This document shows positions 17,156-23,406 of a stretch of 32,000 bases of DNA, in pieces. The position numbers were made by a program, and so were the translations under genes. Location of the stretch: contig NZ_CP074694.1 of NCBI RefSeq assembly GCF_018398935.1, positions 3,630,001 through 3,662,000 on the forward strand. Direction: 5' to 3'. Source of the stretch: Telmatocola sphagniphila (GTDB taxonomy: Bacteria; Planctomycetota; Planctomycetia; Gemmatales; Gemmataceae). A model generated the notes under the pieces. The model had not been told where the DNA came from. It saw only the letters and a program-made list of their open reading frames with translations, and did no database searches. Within the stretch, counting starts at the first letter, position 1. Every line of letters begins with the position of its first letter.

Positions 17156-17794
17156 ATGAAAAAGTATTTCGTCGTTGTTTTAGTTTTGGCAGTCATGCTT
17201 TGCTTCCTATCGATAGTTCTTTTTAATGTTCGAAATATTGCTGATCGTGCGAGGGCTATGGATTGTTTAGCAAGGCTCTCAATTGCATCCCAAAACTATT
17301 CTGCTACTCAGAATTCATTCGTTACTTCGGGAAAAAGGATAAATTCGACAGATAGTTTTTGTTCTTCTTGGCGAGTGCAGCTTCTTCCTTATCTTGATGG
17401 CCAAGAATTTTATAGCTCATACAAATTTATGGAGCCGTGGAATAGTGAATATAATATATCATTAATCAACAAAAATATGTACGCATCAAGAAATTATCGT
17501 ATTGATATAAAAGATAATATCGAATCGAACGTTTATTGTCTGAGCTATCCAAACACAAAAATAAATTTGGAAAACTCGTGGAAGATACTGTTGTATGCCA
17601 ATTCTGACTTTAAACAAATATGGACTGACTACCGAAGCCCTGTAGAGATATTCGATGAGAGCAAGATAACTTCCTTGGTTAAAGGTGATGGATATATAGT
17701 ATTTATAAACGGTAACGTTGCCAGAGTGAGTGATGGATTTCTTCTAATAAGATGCAGTGGTACTGGTTTGGACGAATTTCTTGTTCATCCATAG
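17156..17794 (+). CDS. Low-GC, highly diverged DUF1559-like membrane-anchored protein lacking the prepilin motif
   Basis: ORF 17129-17794, with the likely start at the MKKYF ATG at 17156. It has a hydrophobic N-terminus (FVVVLVLAVMLCFLSIVL). ADRARAMDCLARLSIASQNY resembles the DUF1559 AREAARRxQCxNNLKQIxLAxHNY region. SWRVQLLPYLDGQEFYSSYKFMEPWNSEYN resembles the SWRVxLLPYLEQ...EPW block. No GFTLIE cleavage/methylation motif is present. Confidence 0.6.
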   Translation: MKKYFVVVLVLAVMLCFLSIVLFNVRNIADRARAMDCLARLSIASQNYSATQNSFVTSGKRINSTDSFCSSWRVQLLPYLDGQEFYSSYKFMEPWNSEYNISLINKNMYASRNYRIDIKDNIESNVYCLSYPNTKINLENSWKILLYANSDFKQIWTDYRSPVEIFDESKITSLVKGDGYIVFINGNVARVSDGFLLIRCSGTGLDEFLVHP

Positions 17795-18001
17795 TGGATC
17801 AAATATATTATTCAATCCGAATTGGATCCTTTAAAATAATCAACTCTGAAACATGTATCGAATTTGGAATTTTGGAGAGATATCGTGAGTGAATCATATG
17901 AAGCGCCATTCAGTAACTTCGATTTTCGAAAATGACACTCTCTGGGTCAAAAATCTTGGATTTGAGCTCTTCCGACTCCTGAACCCAGGTGATGCGATGC
18001 C

Positions 18002-18676
18002 TGTACCCCTCACGTAATATTTGCCGTTTTTTGCGATTTAATTCCTAGAGGAATTGGCCCTCTCTTGAACAAAAGATCGCCGTGATCGACGAGAGCACGG
18101 CGTAAAGCAATTCGATCGATACGGCGAGCTTCCTGCTCGAGCAACACCCCCGAAGGAGATTTTCCTTCCTCCTTCATAGCTCGGTTCCGATGGATTTCAA
18201 CAAGCTCTCGGAACTGATCGCGAGATTCTGTTGCGACTCTCTCCCGACTTTTCCAAAGCGTCTCGGGAGTAGGACCCAGACCTCCTCTCGGTCGAGCCAA
18301 GGCATTGGCTTCCCGTCGAGCCGCCTCCACATCCTCAGCGTTCCACACTTCCGGATGGCCTTCCCAGGCAGCTCTACGTTCGATTCGACTTTTCAAAGAT
18401 CCTATGCCCGCTTCGATCGCACCGTTATATTGTGGCCTCCTCGGCGGAGAGTACAAGCCGAACACGCCTTCTCGCTGCAAAAATTCTTGGACCACTTCGG
18501 CAATAAACGGAGAACGGCAGCGCCTCGCGCCGGACTACGCCGGCCCATCGCAACACCCCGGTCTCGGTCATCAGACCGCTCCAAAATTCCCCGGTATTCG
18601 GCAAAACACCCTTCAAAATGCCAAAATCCCTACAGCTTTAATTCGGCTACAAATGCGACCAGAATTCGGTTCGGGA
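18002..18676. repeat. Direct repeat copy A (~675 bp, near-identical to 19690-20364)
   Basis: Copy A aligns base for base with copy B at an offset of 1688 bp. Only a handful of mismatches are visible (for example K/E and I/M differences in the encoded ORF). It begins TGTACCCCTCACG, and identity ends after ...GAATTCGGTTCGGGA. Confidence 0.9.
18010..18534 (-). pseudogene. 5'-truncated integrase-core (rve) DDE transposase remnant, copy A
   Basis: The frame is open for 174 codons upstream of the TGA at 18010-18012, bounded by an in-frame TAG at 18535-18537. The product ...RSPFIAEVVQEFLQREGVFGLYSPPRRPQYNGAIEAGIGSLK... is only the C-terminal third of an rve domain. It keeps the region around the catalytic Glu but both catalytic Asp regions and the HTH are missing. 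The outer end starts with TGT, as in IS3/IS481-type termini. Confidence 0.65.
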
Positions 18677-18778
18677 CACCAAAATTCCCTGGAATTCGGC
18701 AAAACACACTTCAAAATGCCAAAATCCCTACAGCTTTAATTCGGCTACAAATGCGACCAGAATTCGGTTCGGGACACC
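18583..18778. repeat. 98-bp tandem repeat x2 (3 mismatches) with internal AATTCGG sub-repeats
   Basis: Unit 1 is 18583-18680 and unit 2 is 18681-18778. The unit reads AAAATTCCCyGGwATTCGGCAAAACACmCTTCAAAATGCCAAAATCCCTACAGCTTTAATTCGGCTACAAATGCGACCAGAATTCGGTTCGGGACACC. A single, slightly shorter unit is present in copy B (20271-20364). Confidence 0.85.
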
Positions 18779-18800
18779 TCACGCCCAAGGGCGTAAGAAC

Positions 18801-18998
18801 TTGCTCTACTTCGGATCCGACAACGGCGTGCGAACATCGGCGATTCTCTCCAGGTTCACTGCAAGTTGCCTGATGCAAAAACGATCCCAGGTCATATCTT
18901 CCCGATGTCCTGATCCGCCTGCCGATCACAACTTATTGTCTCGCAAGAGTCGAAACAGGGCAGGACTATTTCAAAGACTTACCGGTTTTCCGCAGTAA
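18801..18998 (+). pseudogene. Possible decayed IS3-like transposase fragment
   Basis: The 65-aa ORF reads ...FGSDNGVRTSAILSRFTASCLMQKRSQVISSRCPDPPADHNLLSRKSRN. It loosely follows the rve pattern SDNGxxxTSxxFxxxxxxxGIxxSxSRxGxxxDNxxxES. The resemblance is weak and judged by eye only. Confidence 0.2.
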
Positions 18999-19338
18999 AT
19001 ATTGTATCAGTAGTGCCTTCAACTCTTATAGCTCTTAGCAACATGAATAAGGTATAGTTTTTGTAATATTCACTAGATTCATTTTGAATTTTCTTTAATA
19101 TTTCCATATTTGGCACAGTGCCAGACAGTTCCATTTCTGTCGACATATTGCCAACAAAAAAAAGCGATTTATTTATATATTTTTCTATTGTAGGCGCTTG
19201 ATACATGAGACTATTTTGATAATTTTCCGAAATTCCCTTTACTGAATTCATATATCCAATAATGTAACCAAAAAACATAAACAATACAGCGATACATATA
19301 TAAACTATTTTTTTGTATACTATCAATAGAATTTTCAT
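18979..19338 (-). CDS. Hypothetical small membrane-anchored protein (very low GC)
   Basis: 119-aa ORF with an N-terminal TM segment (IVYICIAVLFMFFGYIIGY). The composition is K/N/I/Y-rich and AT-rich. It lies between the two 675-bp direct repeats. No family recognised. Confidence 0.45.
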   Translation of the reverse strand: MKILLIVYKKIVYICIAVLFMFFGYIIGYMNSVKGISENYQNSLMYQAPTIEKYINKSLFFVGNMSTEMELSGTVPNMEILKKIQNESSEYYKNYTLFMLLRAIRVEGTTDTIFTAENR

Positions 19339-19689
19339 ATTTTCAACCTTTTTCCGATTGGATTGAAGTACAAATTACAAGATATCTCAGTATCGAACCT
19401 GCCGACTTTAGATATACTCATGAAGCAGTTATAAAATCGATTGCCAATCAATAGAACCTTTTCAAAGTCGTCTTAAATCATTCAAAGTAGTTATTAAACT
19501 CTCGAGATCGGCCCAGCCAGACACACATTGAATTCAACAAAATCCCGATTTCGCAATAGCGAAGCACAGTGCTTAGCTGCTTTGGGGATTACGATATATC
19601 TTAAATATTTATCTCCACAGCAGCGCTTGAGGGGCACACACGCATTTATTGATAATCCGCGAAAACGAACAGCACATTCTGGTCAGTTA

Positions 19690-20364
19690 TGTACCCCTCA
19701 CGTAATATTTGCCGTTTTTTGCGATTTAATTCCTAGAGGAATTGGCCCTCTCTTGAACAAAAGATCGCCGTGATCGACGAGAGCACGGCGTAAAGCAATT
19801 CGATCCATACGGCGAGCTTCCTGCTCGAGCAACACTCCCGAAGGAGATTTTCCTTCCTCCTCCATAGCTCGGTTCCGATGGATTTCAACAAGCTCTCGGA
19901 ACTGATCGCGAGATTCTGTCGCGACTCTCTCCCGACTTTTCCAAAGCGTCTCGGGAGTAGGACCCAGACCTCCTCTCGGTCGAGCCAAGGCATTGGCTTC
20001 CCGTCGAGCCGCCTCCACATCCTCAGCGTTCCACACTTCCGGATGGCCTTCCCAGGCAGCTCTACGTTCGATTCGACTTTTCAAAGATCCTATGCCCGCT
20101 TCGATCGCACCGTTATATTGTGGCCTCCTCGGCGGAGAGTACAAGCCGAACACGCCTTCTCGCTGCAAAAATTCTTGGACCACTTCGGCAATAAACGGAG
20201 AACGGCAGCGCCTCGCGCCGGACTACGCCGGCCCATCGCAACACCCCGGTCTCGGTCATCAGACCGCTCCAAAATTCCCCGGTATTCGGCAAAACACCCT
20301 TCAAAATGCCAAAATCCCTACAGCTTTAATTCGGCTACAAATGCGACCAGAATTCGGTTCGGGA
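19690..20364. repeat. Direct repeat copy B (~675 bp)
   Basis: Near-identical to 18002-18676. The flanks on both sides are unrelated to those of copy A. Confidence 0.9.
19698..20222 (-). pseudogene. 5'-truncated integrase-core (rve) DDE transposase remnant, copy B
   Basis: It has the same truncated frame as copy A. The 161-aa ORF-track product differs at two residues (AMEEEG and RRMDRI versus AMKEEG and RRIDRI). Confidence 0.65.
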
Positions 20365-20452
20365 TAATGAGCAGGCGCAAAAAAGAACCGGGAAACCTGC
20401 CCGCCAAAGGCACGTTCCCCGGAAGATTCATTAGGGTCCGCTTTAGGCCGGA

Positions 20453-20794
20453 CTAATTTCTTATGTCAAATGTCTGGTCTTGAGGACGCTCCGTCTTGTA
20501 TCGCATTATCAGGCCAACCTCTAGGAGTTTAACTGCTGCAATTCCGCTAAGAACAAAAGGGATTTGCTCTAAATCGGCAATAATAGATTCGTATGCGATG
20601 CCATATTCACCAGTATCGGCAATGTATTCACGGAGCTGTTCCATTTGCTCCCGAAACGAGAGACGGTTTTCGGGATAATGCACTGCAAGATTTTTCTGCA
20701 TTTCAAGCTCTTGCAGAACATCCATGAGTCTTGACTGCACGATCTTGTCCAGCTGCTCTTCGCTCATTTCTTCCGACCTCCATGTATCGATCAT
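20453..20794 (-). CDS. Putative toxin-immunity protein (small, acidic, all-helical; MafI-like pattern)
   Basis: 113-aa ORF. Its ATG overlaps the TGA of the upstream EndoU-like module (ATGA). The ...EYIADTGEYGIAYESIIADLEQIPFVLSGIAAVKLLEVGLIM... pattern resembles small helical immunity proteins annotated as the MafI family. The call rests on position plus pattern. Confidence 0.55.
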   Translation of the reverse strand: MIDTWRSEEMSEEQLDKIVQSRLMDVLQELEMQKNLAVHYPENRLSFREQMEQLREYIADTGEYGIAYESIIADLEQIPFVLSGIAAVKLLEVGLIMRYKTERPQDQTFDIRN

Positions 20795-21225
20795 TGGTTC
20801 CTTGGAAGATTCGTCGGGAACCCTGTTACGATGCGGCCGTTTAAAGTATCGACCACGACTTTTATATCTACTCCATCAACAGTCTTTGTGCCGGAAATGT
20901 AACCTCGTGCATCTGGCCGGGTCCACCGTATAGCCGGATCAGTGGCAATGTCAGAAACTTCTCCAAGTATCTTGCCATCACTCCAGCCCTCGCGAAACTC
21001 GCTCTTCCCAGGTTTGCCAGTCCCAGGGCGGTGACCGCCTCCTTTGCCTGGGCCATCGCCTTCAAGAATGTGCTTCTGTCCCTTGGGATCAACTAAACTT
21101 GGTTTTTCCGGAACTGCCGTCTTTGGGGCAATCTTTGCCTCTTTTGCAACTTTTTCAGCATCTTGTGCAACTTTGGCGGCTTTGTCGGCGGGTGGTACTG
21201 GCGATCTCTTAACTCCTATCGCTTG
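20791..21225 (-). pseudogene. Start-less orphan toxin module: bacterial EndoU-like RNase C-terminal domain
   Basis: Absent from the ORF track. By hand translation, 144 codons are open between TGA 21228-21226 and TGA 20793-20791. The product is QAIGVKRSPVPPADKAAKVAQDAEKVAKEAKIAPKTAVPEKPSLVDPKGQKHILEGDGPGKGGGHRPGTGKPGKSEFREGWSDGKILGEVSDIATDPAIRWTRPDARGYISGTKTVDGVDIKVVVDTLNGRIVTGFPTNLPRNQ. There is no in-frame ATG or TTG, and the only in-frame GTG is about 20 codons from the end. The HIL-G...GGGH...PGKSEF..WSD.KI...SD.ATDP...GVDIKVV...G.I.TG.PTN pattern matches my memory of EndoU_bacteria toxin domains. Confidence 0.6.
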
Positions 21226-21506
21226 TCATAACCCGTTATAGCGAATTGTCTTGTGTGGCACTGGCTCTGTCAGTGCGTATTCCAAGCAACTAACTCACTC
21301 AAACTATGTGATCATCGAATTCCTAGTTCAACAGAATCTCTGGATGCAACTCGAAGCCTTTCCAAATACCCGAGCTTTCGCGCACCGGCAAATAGTCAGT
21401 GCCACACACCTATCCCCCTCCCCTGACCAACAATTATCCAATCCCATCCAATTTTTCCATTCATCCACTTTACGAGGGAGTTTGTATTCATTTCCATCCC
21501 GATTCG

Positions 21507-23372
21507 GCTAGGCCTTAAACCAGCGTAGTTTTTTGGAGAATTGTTTCGATTTATCGAAGAAAGCTCGAAATCCTTTTTGTTTTCTGCGGTTTGTGTAAGT
21601 AACCGCTTAACAAATCGACAGTCGCAAAAAGGAGTTTCGAGTGAATGTTATTTTCGGACGTTGGTTTCAAAAATGCAAGAGTCGAATCGAACGTCGCCTG
21701 GCTAAGCGAGAGGCCGCGATGACCTTCGCTCCTTCTTTCGACGCCTCCAACATTCATTACGAAGTCTCCGAACGCGTGGGGGCGATCAGTTGCGGAGGCC
21801 TCGGGGCCATGCACCTTCTGGCCCGGCGTATCGGACTGATCGACGACATCGACGAGAAGCTGCATCTGCTCCAATTTCAAAGGCCTTACTCGGAATCGGA
21901 CCACGTGTTGGCCATCGCTTACAATTCCCTTTGCGGGGGTACCTGCCTGCAAGACATGGAACTGCGTCGCACGGACGAAAACTTTCTCAACGCCTTGGGC
22001 ACTCAGCGTTTTCCCGACCCGACTACTTCGGGCGACTTTTGTCGACGCTTCGATAGTGGCAGCATCCAGGCTTTGATCGACGCTTTCAACCAGACCCGTT
22101 TACGCGTCTGGTCGAAGCAACCCGATTCCTTTTGGGAATGCGCGAAGATCGACGCCGACGGCAGCTTTACCCAAACGCGTGGCGAGCGTAAAGCGGGGAT
22201 GGACATCAACTATAACAGAGACTGGTGTTACCACCCCCTGGCGGTGACCCTGGCCAACACCGGTGAGACGCTGAGCATCGTCAACCGTCCCGGCAATCGC
22301 CCTTCGCACGAAGGGGCCGCGGTCGAACTCGACCGGGCTCTTTTGCTGTGCCTTCAAGCGGGCTTTCGCAGGATCGTCTTTCGCGGCGACACCGATTTCT
22401 CGCAGACCACTCGCCTCGACGGCTGGGATGCCAACGCCAAGGTACGCTTTTATTTCGGCTACGATTCGAAGCAAAACCTCGAAGCAATCGCGGAAAAACT
22501 GCCGGAAGCGGCTTGGCACAAGCTCGAGCGTCCCGCGCAATACTCGGCGAAAGCGAAGTTGCGACACCGACGGGAAAACACCAAGGAGCGGATCGTCCAA
22601 GAGCGGGAATTCGTAAATGTGAAGTTGATCTCCGAAGCGGTGGCCGAGTTCGAGTACCAACCGACCGCTTGCCGAAGGGCGTATCGCCTGGTGGTGATTC
22701 GCAAGAATCTTTCCGTGGAAAAAGGCGAATCCGTTCTGTATCCGGACGAACGCTATTTCTTCTACATCACCAACGACCGGGAGTGCACGGCCGCCGAAGT
22801 CGTCTACGAAGCCAACGATCGCTGCAATCAGGAAAATCTGATAGCGCAGCTCAAGGGCGGTTGCCGGGCCTTGCACGCGCCGCTGCACGATCTGGAAAGC
22901 AATTGGGCGTACATGGTGATGGCCTCCCTGGCCTGGAACTTGAAAGCCTGGTGGGCCTTGACGTTGCCGGAAACTCCCGGTCGCTGGCGGGAAAAGCATC
23001 GGGACCAGAAGCAGTCGGTTTTGAAAATGGAATTCAAAACCTTCCTCAATGCTTTCATGCTTCTGCCTTGTCAGATCGTCCGGAAGGCCGGCCGCATCGT
23101 CTATCGATTGCTCGGCTGGAACCCGCACTTGCCGATCTTCTTCCGACTACTGAAAGCACTGAGGTGCTGATCGTTCGACCGACTGAAGTCGGGATCCGGA
23201 TGTCCCGATCCGATAAAACGCCGAGAGCTATTCGCGGAAAGGAAGAATGTTTGAAAAATAGAAGTATGCGTTCGGCCGAGCGAAAAGCTCCGGCGCGGAG
23301 GACTCATCGAACTATCTCGCTAAAACTCCCCACGGAATTGGCATCAAAAACTTCGCTTGTTTAAGGGCTAGG
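21507..23372 (+). mobile_element. IS1380-family insertion sequence (~1.87 kb), apparently intact
   Basis: It has imperfect terminal inverted repeats. The left end reads (G)CTAGGCCTTAAACCAGCGTAGTTTTT from about 21507. The reverse complement of the right end reads (C)CTAGCCCTTAAACAAGCGAAGTTTTT, ending at about 23372. About 22 of 26 positions match. The element encloses a single 509-aa transposase gene. Boundaries are uncertain by about 2 bp and no clear target-site duplication was seen. Confidence 0.7.
21641..23170 (+). CDS. IS1380-family DDE transposase
   Basis: 509-aa ORF with a GTG start 6 nt after AAAAAGGAG. Pattern: GGLGAMHLLARRIGLIDDIDEKL...YSESDHVLAIAYNSLCGG.CLQDMELRRTD...PDPTTSGDFCRRF...CYHPLAVTLANTGETLSIVNRPGNRPSHEGA...IVFRGDTDF. 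This matches my memory of IS1380 / DDE_Tnp_1_4-type transposases. Confidence 0.75.
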   Translation: MNVIFGRWFQKCKSRIERRLAKREAAMTFAPSFDASNIHYEVSERVGAISCGGLGAMHLLARRIGLIDDIDEKLHLLQFQRPYSESDHVLAIAYNSLCGGTCLQDMELRRTDENFLNALGTQRFPDPTTSGDFCRRFDSGSIQALIDAFNQTRLRVWSKQPDSFWECAKIDADGSFTQTRGERKAGMDINYNRDWCYHPLAVTLANTGETLSIVNRPGNRPSHEGAAVELDRALLLCLQAGFRRIVFRGDTDFSQTTRLDGWDANAKVRFYFGYDSKQNLEAIAEKLPEAAWHKLERPAQYSAKAKLRHRRENTKERIVQEREFVNVKLISEAVAEFEYQPTACRRAYRLVVIRKNLSVEKGESVLYPDERYFFYITNDRECTAAEVVYEANDRCNQENLIAQLKGGCRALHAPLHDLESNWAYMVMASLAWNLKAWWALTLPETPGRWREKHRDQKQSVLKMEFKTFLNAFMLLPCQIVRKAGRIVYRLLGWNPHLPIFFRLLKALRC

Positions 23373-23406
23373 ATAGCGCCCATCCAGATGAACCCAAAGG
23401 ATTGAC

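Noticed and set aside
18583-18778. Considered whether the 98-bp tandem repeat is a CRISPR array or a DGR template/variable repeat pair
   Set aside because: It has only two contiguous units with no spacers, so it is not CRISPR. The three mismatches are not adenine-specific on either strand and no reverse transcriptase gene is nearby, so it is not a DGR.
20868-21092. 74-aa minus-strand ORF listed in the track within the toxin-module region
   Set aside because: It is in a different frame from the EndoU-like reading frame and has no motif. The start-less frame ending at 20791 carries the recognisable domain and the ATGA junction to the next gene.
21501-21506. Looked for a target-site duplication flanking the IS1380-like element (21501-21506 versus 23373-23378)
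   Set aside because: The flanks (GATTCG and ATAGCG) do not match. The palindromic CTAG at both ends could be either part of the inverted repeat or the duplication, so no duplication is claimed.
22100-23364. Long ORFs overlapping the IS transposase (22100-23128 minus, 22348-23364 plus off-frame)
   Set aside because: The 509-aa frame carries the IS1380-type motifs. The others are Arg/Gly/Pro-rich shadows of it.
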